This document shows positions 35,354 to 44,911 of a stretch of DNA of 64,000 nt, piece by piece. Position 1 is the stretch's first letter, and each line of letters opens with the position of its first letter. The position numbers and the translations under genes are program-made. The DNA is from Desulfurococcales archaeon. GTDB taxonomy: Archaea; Thermoproteota; Thermoprotei_A; Sulfolobales; NBVN01. The notes under the pieces are model-generated. The model saw only the letters and a list, made by a program, of their open reading frames with translations. It searched no databases and was not told the DNA's origin. Location: positions 73,782 to 137,781 of the forward strand of contig WAOK01000001.1 in assembly GCA_015521325.1 (NCBI GenBank). The letters are read 5' to 3'.

Positions 35354-36804
35354 CCCTTAGCCACACCTATGGGCCTCAGCCTGGCCACGAGCTTAGCTAT
35401 CTTGACCTCGTGGGTCACCATCACGACCCTGTCAACGTCCTTGTACGCCCCGGGGGCCTCCTCAGCTATGACCCTGGCGGTCGCTGCCCTCAGGTATATG
35501 CCCTTCCTTAGGAGCTCCTCCGTTATCTGCCTCGGGCGGTATGTCCTCACCGCGGCGTGCCTTGACATCCACCTGCCAGCACCGTGTGCTGAGGAATAGA
35601 ACGTCCTGGCCCCCTCTGGCACACCGACCATGACATAGCTGGCGGTGCCCATGGAGCCCGGTATTAGGACGACCTGACCATATGGCCTGTGATCAGCGGG
35701 TATCTCGGGATGGCCGGGCGGGAACGCCCTGGTCGCTCCCTTCCTGTGAACGACTAGTTTCATCCTCTTTCCGTCGATGACGTGCTCCTCAATCTTAGCT
35801 ATATTGTGGGCGACGTCGTACACTATCCTCATCCCGAGGGCGTCAGGGTCCCTGTGGAAGACGTTCCGGAAGCTCTCCCTAGCCCAGTGAGTTATGAGCT
35901 GCCTATTGGTCCACGCGTAGTTGGCAGCAGCAGACATGGCTGCGAAGTAGTCCTGGCCCTCCCTAGAGTTGATCGGTACTGACGCAAGCTCTCTGTCGGG
36001 CGGCCTTATGCCGTACTTCCTCATCGCCCTCTCCATTATCATTAGGTAATCGCTGGCAACCTGGTGCCCTAGACCCCTTGAGCCCGTGTGAATCATCACT
36101 GTCACCTGGCCCTCATGCGTTATGCCTATGGCCTTTGCTACCTCCTCGTCGTAGATCTTGTCAACAACCTGCACCTCCAGGAAGTGGTTGCCCGCGCCCA
36201 GCGTCCCTAGCTGGGGAGCACCCCTCTGCTTCGCCCTCCTGCTCACCTTTGTTGCGTCAGCGGTTCTCATGTGGCCCTTCTCCTCGATGTGCTCGGGGTC
36301 GTCGGCCCAGCCATAGCCCTTCCTTATGGCCCAGTCAACACCCTCCTCAAGAACACGGTCGAGCTCGTCTATGCTTAGCCTCACCCTCCCCCTAGAACCC
36401 ACACCCGAGGGTATGTTGCGGAAGAGTTCGTCAACGAGCTCCTTTATCTTTGGTCTCACGTCTTTCTCATCCAGGTCCGTCCTGATGAGCCTGACACCGC
36501 AATTGATGTCATAGCCTACCCCGCCAGGCGAGATGACGCCGTCCTCGTAGCTTATGCCTGCCACACCCCCGATCGGGAAGCCGTACCCCTGGTGCCCGTC
36601 CGGCATCACGTACGTGGAGACCTGGACACCGGGCAGACAAGATATGTTGGCCGCCTGCTCAAGGGTTCTGTCACCCTGCATCTTCTTTAGGAGCACTTCG
36701 TCAGCGAATATCGTGGAGGGTACTCTCATGCACGGCTTATACTTCTTCGGTATCACCCACGTATAGCGATCAACTCTCTGAAGCGGTACGTGGTGGCTCA
36801 TCAT
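35350..36804 (-). CDS. rtcB: RtcB RNA 3'-phosphate ligase (tRNA-splicing ligase)
   Basis: Track ORF of 484 aa. Matching blocks are MPDGHQGYGFPIGGVA, GYDINCGVR, GAGNHFLEVQ, HTGSRGLGHQV and SSAHGAGR. There is no intein. Confidence 0.96.
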   Translation of the reverse strand: MMSHHVPLQRVDRYTWVIPKKYKPCMRVPSTIFADEVLLKKMQGDRTLEQAANISCLPGVQVSTYVMPDGHQGYGFPIGGVAGISYEDGVISPGGVGYDINCGVRLIRTDLDEKDVRPKIKELVDELFRNIPSGVGSRGRVRLSIDELDRVLEEGVDWAIRKGYGWADDPEHIEEKGHMRTADATKVSRRAKQRGAPQLGTLGAGNHFLEVQVVDKIYDEEVAKAIGITHEGQVTVMIHTGSRGLGHQVASDYLMIMERAMRKYGIRPPDRELASVPINSREGQDYFAAMSAAANYAWTNRQLITHWARESFRNVFHRDPDALGMRIVYDVAHNIAKIEEHVIDGKRMKLVVHRKGATRAFPPGHPEIPADHRPYGQVVLIPGSMGTASYVMVGVPEGARTFYSSAHGAGRWMSRHAAVRTYRPRQITEELLRKGIYLRAATARVIAEEAPGAYKDVDRVVMVTHEVKIAKLVARLRPIGVAKG

Positions 36805-36891
36805 AACACCCGAAAGGGGTGTTCATGCGGGGTAATAAGGAGCTTTAGCTTCCTAGACCATCACCGCAGGCGGTGAGTCAGGGAGAGTACC

Positions 36892-36900
36892 TTATTTATA
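36892..36900 (+). promoter_or_regulatory. TATA-box-like element for the L22-S3-L29... operon
   Basis: TTATTTATA lies ~40 nt upstream of ATG 36939. This supports the shorter L22 start. Confidence 0.45.
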
Positions 36901-36938
36901 CCCCTGTGGAAAGAGCACTAGGCAGTGGGCGATGGGAT

Positions 36939-37448
36939 ATGCCAGTCTGGCACTACTCAGTAAAGGAAGTGGATGAGGAGAGAACGGCTAAGGCCATGAG
37001 CTGGGATCAGCCGGTGTCCTTGAAGGAAGCGTACGAGATAATGAAGATCATCAGGGGGATGAGGCTGAACGACGCGATTGATTTTCTTAAGAAAGTGATA
37101 AGGAAGGAGACGCCGGTGCCTTACGTTAGGTACAAGAGGAAGGTGGCTCATAAGCGGGGCCTGGCGAAGGCGTTCCCTAAGTGGAAGACTCCGATAGGCC
37201 GGTACCCCGTGAAGACCGCTAAGGCCATACTCAAGCTCCTCGAGAACGTCAGGAATAATGCCGAGAACAAGAACCTGGATGTGGATAGCCTCGTGATTAT
37301 CCATATAGCGGCCCATAAGGGCCCCGTACTGAAGAGGTACATGCCCAGGGCCTTTGGTAGGGCCACACCTAAGTTCGGCACAACTGTCCACATGGAGGTC
37401 ATCGTTAAAGAGGTTCTCTCCAAGAAAGAGGGAGGTGCGAGGAGGTGA
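36939..37448 (+). CDS. rpl22: 50S ribosomal protein L22 (uL22)
   Basis: The track ORF starts at GTG 36873. ATG 36939 gives MPVWHYSVKEVDEERTAKAMSWDQPVSLKEAYEI, which matches the usual archaeal L22 N-terminus and sits downstream of a strong TATA. Confidence 0.93.
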   Translation: MPVWHYSVKEVDEERTAKAMSWDQPVSLKEAYEIMKIIRGMRLNDAIDFLKKVIRKETPVPYVRYKRKVAHKRGLAKAFPKWKTPIGRYPVKTAKAILKLLENVRNNAENKNLDVDSLVIIHIAAHKGPVLKRYMPRAFGRATPKFGTTVHMEVIVKEVLSKKEGGARR

Positions 37449-37454
37449 TGATGA

Positions 37455-38111
37455 GTGGCTAGGGTGAATATAAAGAAGTACTTTATTGAACTCTCTAAGC
37501 TCAGGATAAAGATTGACGAGTACCTGGCCAAGAACTTCATGAGGGCTGGCTACTCCCACATAGATCTAATAACGACTCCTCTGGGCACGAGGATAGTTAT
37601 CTACGCCGACAGGCCGGCCCTCATCATCGGGAGGAGGGGCCAGACCATAAAGCGCCTCACCGAGGTATTCCGCAAGCACTTCAAGCTCGAGAATCCCCAG
37701 ATAACCGTGACTCAGGTACCTGACCCAGACCTCAACGCCAGGGTCATGGCCCAGCGCCTCGCCATAGCGATAGAGAGGGGCTACCACTTCAGGAGAGCGG
37801 CGTTCGTCACGGTTAGGAGGGTACTGGGTGCTGGCGCCGTGGGCGTCGAGGTCATCGTCAGCGGGAAGCTTACCTCGGAGCGCGCTAGGTACGAGAAGCT
37901 CAGGTTCGGCAAGGTCTACAAGAGCGGACACCATGTCGAGCATCTCGTGGACAGGGCCGTCGTTCACCTCCTAAGAAAACCCGGCATGTACGGTATACAG
38001 GTGACTATAGTAAAACCCGGCGAGCCCGACGACATCGTTAGGATAAGAACCCCGGAGGAGATAGCCGCGGAGGCCGGTCCAGCTCCGGAGGAGGGGGGTG
38101 AGGCTGCGTGA
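37455..38111 (+). CDS. rps3: 30S ribosomal protein S3 (uS3)
   Basis: Track ORF of 218 aa. It has the KH domain GTRIVIYADRPALIIGRRGQTIKRL and the segment AQRLAIAIERG...FRRA. Confidence 0.96.
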   Translation: MARVNIKKYFIELSKLRIKIDEYLAKNFMRAGYSHIDLITTPLGTRIVIYADRPALIIGRRGQTIKRLTEVFRKHFKLENPQITVTQVPDPDLNARVMAQRLAIAIERGYHFRRAAFVTVRRVLGAGAVGVEVIVSGKLTSERARYEKLRFGKVYKSGHHVEHLVDRAVVHLLRKPGMYGIQVTIVKPGEPDDIVRIRTPEEIAAEAGPAPEEGGEAA

Positions 38112-38311
38112 GCCTCTCGCCGGAAGAGATACGGAAGATGAGTAAGGAGGAGAGGGAAAAGCTACTCCGAGAGCTCAGGATAGAGCTGATAAAGCTGAGG
38201 ACTCAGGCCAGGGTCGGCACTCTACGTAATATCGGCAGGCTAAGGGTCGTGAGAAAGAACATAGCTAGGATACTTACGATAATGCGTGAGGAAGAGCTAG
38301 GGGGTAAGTAG
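38108..38311 (+). CDS. rpl29: 50S ribosomal protein L29 (uL29)
   Basis: Track ORF of 67 aa. EIRKMSKEEREKLLRELRIELIKLR is present. It has a 4-nt overlap with S3. Confidence 0.9.
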   Translation: MSLSPEEIRKMSKEEREKLLRELRIELIKLRTQARVGTLRNIGRLRVVRKNIARILTIMREEELGGK

Positions 38312-38313
38312 GG

Positions 38314-38592
38314 TTGAGGAGAACTCGAAGGAACCTACCCTATCATGAATTAATAGGTTTGGAAGTTATTGTGAAGGAGCACGTAGACCCTACCTTGAGG
38401 GGCTTGAGTGGTAGGGTCGTTGACGAAACGAGGAATACATTGGTTATTGAGTCAGTGGATGGGAGGGAGAGGATCGTGCCCAAGCACGGTGGTGTATTTG
38501 TTTTTAAGCTTGGTGCCCGCGAAGGGGTAGAGCTGGCGGGCACCTCAATAGAGGGTAGGCCTGAGGACAGGCTTAAGAGGTATGGGAGGTGA
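38314..38592 (+). CDS. rnp1: RNase P protein component 1 (Rpp29/Pop4)
   Basis: Track ORF of 92 aa with a TTG start. HELIGLEVIVKEHVDPTLRGLSGRVVDETRNTLVIES is present. It holds the canonical position between L29 and S17. Confidence 0.85.
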   Translation: MRRTRRNLPYHELIGLEVIVKEHVDPTLRGLSGRVVDETRNTLVIESVDGRERIVPKHGGVFVFKLGAREGVELAGTSIEGRPEDRLKRYGR

Positions 38593-38960
38593 GCGGTGTG
38601 GCGCGTGCAAGAACTCGTGATGTGGGGATCAGGTATCCGGGGCTTAAGCCGCCGGAGAAGGTCTGTGATGACCCTAAGTGCCCATGGCACGGCAGCCTAA
38701 AGGTTAGGGGTGGTCTGCTGGAGGGCGTGGTAGTCAAGACTAAGATGAAGAAGGTAGTGGTTGTTGAGAGGAACTACCTGGTCTATGATAGGAAGTACAT
38801 GAGGTACGAGCGCAGGCGCTCAAAGATACACGCGTATCTACCTCCATGTATCGATGTAAAGCCGGGTGATACGGTGCTTATTGGTGAGACCAGGCCCTTA
38901 GCGAAGTCCGTTGCGTGGGTGGTGCTAGGAGTCGTTAAGAAGGGCGGGGGTGTTGCCTGA
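38589..38960 (+). CDS. rps17: 30S ribosomal protein S17 (uS17)
   Basis: Track ORF of 123 aa. [16 protein letters not shown]...[20 protein letters not shown] is present. Confidence 0.93.
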   Translation: MSGVARARTRDVGIRYPGLKPPEKVCDDPKCPWHGSLKVRGGLLEGVVVKTKMKKVVVVERNYLVYDRKYMRYERRRSKIHAYLPPCIDVKPGDTVLIGETRPLAKSVAWVVLGVVKKGGGVA

Positions 38961-39376
38961 TGCCGAAGAAGAAGATAGCGCAGTTTAGTAGGCGAGGTTA
39001 TTCTCCCGGAATAATAGTTGGGACGAGGCTGAGGGTGGCCGATAACAGTGGTGCGAAGGAGGTCATGGTCATAGGCGTCCCTGGCTTGAAGACAAGGGCA
39101 AGGAGGATACCTTTCGCCACTGTCGGGGACATGGTTGTTGTGACTGTGAAGAAAGGTAAGGCGGATCTAGTTGGTCAGGTGATGAACGCAATAATAGTGA
39201 GGCAGAAGAAGCCTTATAGAAGGCCGGACGGCACCTGGGTGGTGTTCGAAGATAATGCCTGTGTCATAGCAAAGCCGGACGGTAGCCTGAAGGGCAGTGA
39301 GATAAGGGGGCCGGTCGCGAAGGAGGCAGCTGAGCGCTGGTCGAGCGTGGCACAGTTGGCATCAATAATTGTTTGA
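38960..39376 (+). CDS. rpl14: 50S ribosomal protein L14 (uL14)
   Basis: Track ORF of 138 aa. [17 protein letters not shown]...FEDNACVI is present. Confidence 0.96.
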   Translation: MPKKKIAQFSRRGYSPGIIVGTRLRVADNSGAKEVMVIGVPGLKTRARRIPFATVGDMVVVTVKKGKADLVGQVMNAIIVRQKKPYRRPDGTWVVFEDNACVIAKPDGSLKGSEIRGPVAKEAAERWSSVAQLASIIV

Positions 39377-39382
39377 GGGGAG

Positions 39383-39808
39383 GTGAACTCGATGCCGTCA
39401 ATAAAGCCCAGTAAGCAGAGGCTTGAGATATATAAGGCACCGCTTCATAAGAGACGCAAGTTCTTCAATGCTCCCCTCTCGAAGGAGCTGAGAGAGAAGC
39501 TGGGAGTCAAGAGGCTTCCCGTTAGGGCGGGCGATGAAGTACTCATAATGAGGGGCTCGTTCGCTGGGAAGGTGGGTAAAGTTGTTAAGGTTGACCATAA
39601 GAGAGTGAGGCTCCACATAGAGGGCGTGATGATTAAAAAAGCTGATGGAACACCTGTCTATTACCCGATCCATCCGTCCAATGTAATGATTGTTAAGGCC
39701 GACATAAGTGATGATGTGAGGAAAAAAATAATTGAAAGAAGAAAGAAAGTTAAAGAGTCCCCTACTGAGGAGAGTACAAGGTCAGAGGAAGGTGAGGGTG
39801 AGGAGTAA
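39383..39808 (+). CDS. rpl24: 50S ribosomal protein L24 (uL24)
   Basis: Track ORF of 141 aa. The KOW region is [23 protein letters not shown]. The alternative start is ATG 39392. Confidence 0.93.
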   Translation: MNSMPSIKPSKQRLEIYKAPLHKRRKFFNAPLSKELREKLGVKRLPVRAGDEVLIMRGSFAGKVGKVVKVDHKRVRLHIEGVMIKKADGTPVYYPIHPSNVMIVKADISDDVRKKIIERRKKVKESPTEESTRSEEGEGEE

Positions 39809-40569
39809 TGGCTAGAATGGGTGGTAGGAGGCACCTGACGAGGTTCGCGGCACCGAGGTTCTGGCCTATCCTAGTTAAGGAAAGGCACTGGGCAGTGAAG
39901 CCAGCGCCTGGCCCGCACCCTCTGGAGCGCTCATTCCCGCTCCTAGTCGTTGTTAGGGACATACTTGGCTACGCCAGCACCGCGAGGGAGGCGAGGAAGA
40001 TCATTGCAGAAGGCCACATCAAGGTCGACGGCAGGGTCAGGAGGGACTACAAATTCCCGGTAGGTCTCATGGACGTCATCGAGATAGTAGATACACAAGA
40101 GTTCTTCCGCGTCGTCCCGGTACCTGTTAAGGTTATGACACTCGTCCCCATACCAAGGGAGGAGGCTTCCTTCAAGCTCTGCAGGATAGAGAATAAGACC
40201 ACGGTCAAGGGAGGGCACATACAGCTCAACCTCCATGACGGCAGGAACATACTTGTGAGGGTGTCTGACCCAACAAACCCCGAGGAGGACATATACAAGA
40301 CCATGGGTACCGTGAAGATCTCGCTACCTAACCAGGAGATCCTTGACTACATACCTCTTGAGGAGGGTGTGACCGTGATCATAATAGGAGGAAGAAACGT
40401 CGGTAAGGTTGCGAAGTTCGTCAGTGTGTCTGAGGGCATGAGGAGATACAGGAAGATCGTGACCCTGAAGGACCTCGCTGGCAATGTGTTCTACACAACC
40501 CTAGACAAAATAATGGTTATAGGCAGGGAAAAGCCTGAGATAACGCTACCGGAGGGTGCGCTGAAATGA
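39808..40569 (+). CDS. rps4e: 30S ribosomal protein S4e (eS4)
   Basis: Track ORF of 253 aa. RHLTRFAAPRFWPI...HIKVDGRVRRDYKFPVGLMDVIEI is present. Confidence 0.95.
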   Translation: MARMGGRRHLTRFAAPRFWPILVKERHWAVKPAPGPHPLERSFPLLVVVRDILGYASTAREARKIIAEGHIKVDGRVRRDYKFPVGLMDVIEIVDTQEFFRVVPVPVKVMTLVPIPREEASFKLCRIENKTTVKGGHIQLNLHDGRNILVRVSDPTNPEEDIYKTMGTVKISLPNQEILDYIPLEEGVTVIIIGGRNVGKVAKFVSVSEGMRRYRKIVTLKDLAGNVFYTTLDKIMVIGREKPEITLPEGALK

Positions 40570-41156
40570 CGTTCGTAGTAAGAAAAGTAAGGCCTGCGCT
40601 GGATGAGGCAACCATAGAGAGCGTGATCCAGAGATGGAGCAAGAACCCCATGCTTAAGCCCAGGCTAGCTAAGGTAGTCATCAACATAGGTGTTGGAGAG
40701 TCCGGCGAGAGGCTGCAGAAAGCTGTCCAGGTTCTTCGGGAGTTAACAGGGCAAGAGCCCTCGATAAGGAGGGCTAAGAGAACAGTTAAGGGGTTCGGCA
40801 TAAGAAAGGGTGAGCCCATAGCTGCCGTTGTAACCCTCCGCGGGCAGAAAGCTATGGAGTTCCTTCAGAAGGCACTTGAAGCCGTTAACTGGAGAGTGAA
40901 GGCCTCGAGCTTTGACGACTACGGCAACGTATCGTTCGGTATAGCCGAGCACATCTCGCTCCCCGGCGTGAAGTATGACCCTAACATAGGCGTGTTTGGG
41001 ATGGATGTCGCGGTGAAGATTGAGCGCCCAGGCTACAGGGTAATGAGGAGGAGAAGGGCGCGCTCAAAGATCCCGAGAAGGCACAGGGTCAACAAGCTCG
41101 ATGCAATGGTTTATTTCATAAAGGAGCTAGGTGCGCAGGTGGTGACCTATGGGTAA
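40566..41156 (+). CDS. rpl5: 50S ribosomal protein L5 (uL5)
   Basis: Track ORF of 196 aa. [24 protein letters not shown]...[22 protein letters not shown] is present. Confidence 0.95.
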   Translation: MTFVVRKVRPALDEATIESVIQRWSKNPMLKPRLAKVVINIGVGESGERLQKAVQVLRELTGQEPSIRRAKRTVKGFGIRKGEPIAAVVTLRGQKAMEFLQKALEAVNWRVKASSFDDYGNVSFGIAEHISLPGVKYDPNIGVFGMDVAVKIERPGYRVMRRRRARSKIPRRHRVNKLDAMVYFIKELGAQVVTYG

Positions 41157-41313
41157 GTACAGGACACCGATAATAAGGAAGTATGGTAGGGGCGTGCAGG
41201 TCTGCCAGAGGTGCGGGTCTAGGGACGCTGTGATACAGAAGTACGGGCTGTATCTATGCAGGCAGTGCTTCAGGGAGATAGCCCTGGAGCTGGGATTCAA
41301 GAAGTACAGCTGA
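41149..41313 (+). CDS. rps14: 30S ribosomal protein S14 type Z (uS14, zinc-binding)
   Basis: This gene is below the ORF-track size cutoff. My translation is [54 protein letters not shown] (54 aa, CxxC...CxxC). It holds the canonical slot between L5 and S8. Confidence 0.92.
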   Translation: MGKYRTPIIRKYGRGVQVCQRCGSRDAVIQKYGLYLCRQCFREIALELGFKKYS

Positions 41314-41326
41314 GGGGTGGTGGCGG

Positions 41327-41728
41327 ATGGTATCGACAGACCCTCTGGCAAACGCTCTCTCAACAATAATGAATAACGAGATGAGGGGAAATAGGGAGGC
41401 ACTCATAACACCGGCATCCAAGCTAATTGCTATGGTACTGAGGGTAATGCAGAAGTACGGCTACATCGGAGAGTTCGAACATATAGACGACGGCAGGTGG
41501 GGCAAGATAAAGGTGCAGCTCCTCGGCAGGATAAACAAGGTCGGCGTCATAAAGCCCAGGATCTCGGTAACCTATAGAGAGCTTCGAGAGATGCCTGCCT
41601 GGCTGAGGAAGTACCTGCCCTCAAGAGACATAGGGATACTGATTATATCGACCTCCCAAGGAGTCATGTCCCATAGGGAGGCCTTAGAGAGGAGGATCGG
41701 CGGCATACTCCTTGCGTACGTCTACTGA
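41327..41728 (+). CDS. rps8: 30S ribosomal protein S8 (uS8)
   Basis: Track ORF of 133 aa. [14 protein letters not shown]...[16 protein letters not shown] is present. Confidence 0.95.
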   Translation: MVSTDPLANALSTIMNNEMRGNREALITPASKLIAMVLRVMQKYGYIGEFEHIDDGRWGKIKVQLLGRINKVGVIKPRISVTYRELREMPAWLRKYLPSRDIGILIISTSQGVMSHREALERRIGGILLAYVY

Positions 41729-41731
41729 GGG

Positions 41732-42319
41732 GTGAATAGGATGGTGCGGCTGGTACACATAGTGAAGGAGGTGCCGGTTCCGGAAAACGTAGAGGTGAGT
41801 ATAGAGGGTAAGAGGGTCACGGTCAGTGGCCCTAAGGGGACGTTAACGAAAGACTTCAGCTACGCGAGAGGTGTGATGATAAAGTACGACCCTAACGAGA
41901 AGCGAGTCATTGTTGAGTCATACTTTGCCAAGAGGAAGCAGAAGGCGGTTACCTTCAGCATAGCCGCCCACATAAGGAACATGATAGATGGGGTGACAAA
42001 GGGCTTCAGGTACAGGATGAAGATAGTGTTCACGCACTTCCCGATCACCGTAAGGATAGATGAAGAGAACAAGATCGTTTACATAGAGAACTTCCTCGGA
42101 GAGAGGAAGCCCAGAGAAGCAAGGATATACGGAAACGTCAAGGTGAGGCTGGAGGGCAGGAACGACGTCATCGTTGAGGGCATTGACATAGAGGAGGTAG
42201 GGCAGACAGCCGCCAACATAGAGCTCGCCACAAAGGTGAAGGACAGGGATCCGAGGATCTTCGTCGACGGAATCTACATATACAAGCGGGAGTACATGGA
42301 GGGAGGTGAGGAGGTGTGA
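41732..42319 (+). CDS. rpl6: 50S ribosomal protein L6 (uL6)
   Basis: Track ORF of 195 aa. VEVSIEGKRVTVSGPKGTLTKDF...FRYRMKIVFTHFPI is present. The alternative start is ATG 41741. Confidence 0.95.
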   Translation: MNRMVRLVHIVKEVPVPENVEVSIEGKRVTVSGPKGTLTKDFSYARGVMIKYDPNEKRVIVESYFAKRKQKAVTFSIAAHIRNMIDGVTKGFRYRMKIVFTHFPITVRIDEENKIVYIENFLGERKPREARIYGNVKVRLEGRNDVIVEGIDIEEVGQTAANIELATKVKDRDPRIFVDGIYIYKREYMEGGEEV

Positions 42320-42696
42320 GCGACCTAAAGAAGATCAAGGAGCTGATAGCGAGGAAGAAGAAGCCGGAATTCTACAGGAACCAGTGGTGGAAGTTCTGGA
42401 AGTTCGAGAACAAGCTCAAGTGGAAGAAGCCGAAAGGAAACGATAACCCGATGCGCCTCAAACTAAAGGGCTACCCACCCGTTGTCTCAGTCGGCTACAG
42501 GACCCCCAAGATAATAAGGGGTCTTCACCCAAGCGGGCGCAAGCCTGTCGTCATTCATAACGTTGCAGAACTCGAGGGCCTGAACCCTGAGGAGGTAATA
42601 GTGTACGTATCCGGTAAGGTAGGTCTCCGTAAGAAGGAGGCCATAGTGAGGGCGGCCCTCGAGAAGGGCTTCATGGTAGCTAATGCCGGGAGGTGA
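42316..42696 (+). CDS. rpl32e: 50S ribosomal protein L32e (eL32)
   Basis: Track ORF of 126 aa. WKKPKGNDNPMRLKLKGYPPVVSVGYRTPK is present. Confidence 0.93.
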   Translation: MSDLKKIKELIARKKKPEFYRNQWWKFWKFENKLKWKKPKGNDNPMRLKLKGYPPVVSVGYRTPKIIRGLHPSGRKPVVIHNVAELEGLNPEEVIVYVSGKVGLRKKEAIVRAALEKGFMVANAGR

Positions 42697-42699
42697 GCG

Positions 42700-43155
42700 G
42701 TGATGACTGACCTCAGTCTCCAGAAAAGGCTTGCGGCCGAGGTGCTCGGCGTAGGTGTTTCCAGGATAAGGTTCAACCCTGAGCGCCTTGAGGAGATCGC
42801 AGAGGCATTCAGCCGCGAGGACATAAAGCGCCTCATAAGGGACGGCGCTATAGAGGTGTTCCCAAAGAAAGGGAACTCGAGGGGCAGGTGGAAGGTACTT
42901 CATCAGAAGAGGAAGAAAGGACATCGCCGCGGCCACGGAAAGAGGAAGGGTGCCAAGGGAGCGAGGCAGGACCCGAAGGAAAAGTGGGTGAACACGATAA
43001 GGAAGCTGAGGAGGTACTTGCGCTGGCTCAGGGATCACGGAGTAATAGACAGGCACACGTACAGGAAGCTCTATAGGGCCGCTAAGGGCGGTCAGTTCGA
43101 CTCCCTCTCAGACTTAAAGAGGTACCTAAGGGAAATGGGGTATCAGGTGAGGTAG
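42700..43155 (+). CDS. rpl19e: 50S ribosomal protein L19e (eL19)
   Basis: Track ORF of 151 aa. [24 protein letters not shown]...[13 protein letters not shown] is present. Confidence 0.95.
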   Translation: MMTDLSLQKRLAAEVLGVGVSRIRFNPERLEEIAEAFSREDIKRLIRDGAIEVFPKKGNSRGRWKVLHQKRKKGHRRGHGKRKGAKGARQDPKEKWVNTIRKLRRYLRWLRDHGVIDRHTYRKLYRAAKGGQFDSLSDLKRYLREMGYQVR

Positions 43156-43156
43156 C

Positions 43157-43756
43157 ATGGCGAGAGGGCCTAGATACAAGGTGCCTAGGAAGAGGAGAAG
43201 GCAGGGGAAGACAGACTATTACTTCCGCTACAGGGTACTAAAGTCTGGCCAGAAGATTAGAGCTGTTGTGAGGAAGACGAACAAGTACATCATAGCTCAG
43301 TTCATAGAGTTCGCTCCAACCGGTGACGTAACACTCGTCGGCGTGACCAGCAAGGCGCTAAATAAGCTTGGGTGGAAGGGTGACCCAAACAGCACCCCGG
43401 CGGCGTACCTAACAGGCCTTCTTGCAGGCTTACTCGCGAAGAAGAAAGGCATAACCTACGCAGTCCCGGACATAGGTCTCCACAGAGCTGTTAAGGGTGC
43501 GAGGGTCTTTGCGGTAATCAAGGGCATGAGGGACGCGGGTGTTGAGATCCCTGCATCCGAGGAGATCCTCCCCACGGGCGATAGGATAAGGGGAGAGCAC
43601 ATCGCTGAGTACGCGAAGAAGCTGTATGAGGAAGACCCGGCGAGGTTCGAGAAGCAGTTCTCGGCAATGCTGAAGAGAGGCTTCGATCCCAGGAACTACC
43701 CCGAGCACTTCGAGGAGATAAAGAACAAGATAATATCTTCCTTCGGAGGTGAATGA
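43157..43756 (+). CDS. rpl18: 50S ribosomal protein L18 (uL18)
   Basis: Track ORF of 199 aa. [21 protein letters not shown]...[11 protein letters not shown] is present. Confidence 0.95.
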   Translation: MARGPRYKVPRKRRRQGKTDYYFRYRVLKSGQKIRAVVRKTNKYIIAQFIEFAPTGDVTLVGVTSKALNKLGWKGDPNSTPAAYLTGLLAGLLAKKKGITYAVPDIGLHRAVKGARVFAVIKGMRDAGVEIPASEEILPTGDRIRGEHIAEYAKKLYEEDPARFEKQFSAMLKRGFDPRNYPEHFEEIKNKIISSFGGE

Positions 43757-44394
43757 CGATGTCCCTCGGAACACCGAGCCTCGAGGAGTGGGTACCCAAG
43801 ACAAGGCTTGGGTGGATGGTTAAGGAGGGCAGGATAGCGAGCATAAAGGAGATCTTCGACTCCAACATGGTCATTAAGGAGCCAGAGATAGTTGATTACT
43901 TACTTCCGGATCTCAAGCACGAGGTAGTAGACGTTAACATCGTGCAGAAGCAAACCGACGCAGGCAGACTGACGAGGTTCCGCGTTATGGTGGTTGTGGG
44001 CAATTTTGACGGCTATGTAGGGATAGGGCTCGGGAAAGCTAAGCAGCTGAGGAGGGCAATAGACAAGGCGATACGCGAGGCGAAGCTGAACATTATCCCA
44101 GTGAGGAGGGGGTGCGGCAGCTGGGAGTGCTCCTGCCACGAACCACACAGCGTCCCCTTCACCGTAACGGGTAAAGCAGGCAGTGTGAGGATTAAGCTCA
44201 TACCTGCCCCGAAAGGTACTGGACTTGTGGCCGGTGACGCGGCCAAGGTCGTCCTAAGGTATGCTGGTATCCAGGACGTGTGGACGTGGACGAAGGGAGA
44301 GACAAGGACAACCATAAACTTCGTTGCCGCAACATATGACGCCCTCCGCAACACCTACAAGTTCGTCACAGTATACGACTGGGCGAGGAAGTGA
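43753..44394 (+). CDS. rps5: 30S ribosomal protein S5 (uS5)
   Basis: Track ORF of 213 aa. [32 protein letters not shown]...[14 protein letters not shown] is present. Confidence 0.96.
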   Translation: MTMSLGTPSLEEWVPKTRLGWMVKEGRIASIKEIFDSNMVIKEPEIVDYLLPDLKHEVVDVNIVQKQTDAGRLTRFRVMVVVGNFDGYVGIGLGKAKQLRRAIDKAIREAKLNIIPVRRGCGSWECSCHEPHSVPFTVTGKAGSVRIKLIPAPKGTGLVAGDAAKVVLRYAGIQDVWTWTKGETRTTINFVAATYDALRNTYKFVTVYDWARK

Positions 44395-44406
44395 GGTGAC
44401 TAGGGT

Positions 44407-44907
44407 ATGACGCTATACGTCATAGTGAGGATTAGGGGCACGGCAGACGTGCCTCCGAGGGTCAAGGATACCCTGAAGATGCTTAGGTTACACAAGAAGT
44501 TCCACGCAGTACTCTACCCAAAGAACCCCACCATTGACGGGATGCTCGCCGTCGTGAAGGACTGGGTAACGTGGGGCGAGATAGACGCAGACACACTAAA
44601 GCAGCTCATACTCAAGCGCGGGCGCCTCCCAGGAAATAAGAGAGTGACTGAGGAGGACCTGAAGCGCATATTCGGCGTTGACTCCATAGACGAGCTTGTT
44701 GAGAAGCTCCTCAAAGGAGAGATACTGTGGCACAAGTACAGCGATAAGATAAAGCCCGTCTTCAGGCTGCACCCACCGAAGGGAGGTTTCAAGGGAAGCA
44801 TAAAGCTGCCGTTTAAGGAGAGGACCGAGGACAGGCCCTATAGGGTGAAGGGTGAGCTCGGCTACAGAGGAAGCAAGATCAACGAACTTATATTGAGGAT
44901 GATCTGA
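44407..44907 (+). CDS. rpl30: 50S ribosomal protein L30 (uL30)
   Basis: Track ORF of 166 aa. YVIVRIRGTADVPPRVKDTLKMLRLHKKFHAVL is present. Confidence 0.93.
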   Translation: MTLYVIVRIRGTADVPPRVKDTLKMLRLHKKFHAVLYPKNPTIDGMLAVVKDWVTWGEIDADTLKQLILKRGRLPGNKRVTEEDLKRIFGVDSIDELVEKLLKGEILWHKYSDKIKPVFRLHPPKGGFKGSIKLPFKERTEDRPYRVKGELGYRGSKINELILRMI

Positions 44908-44911
44908 GGGG

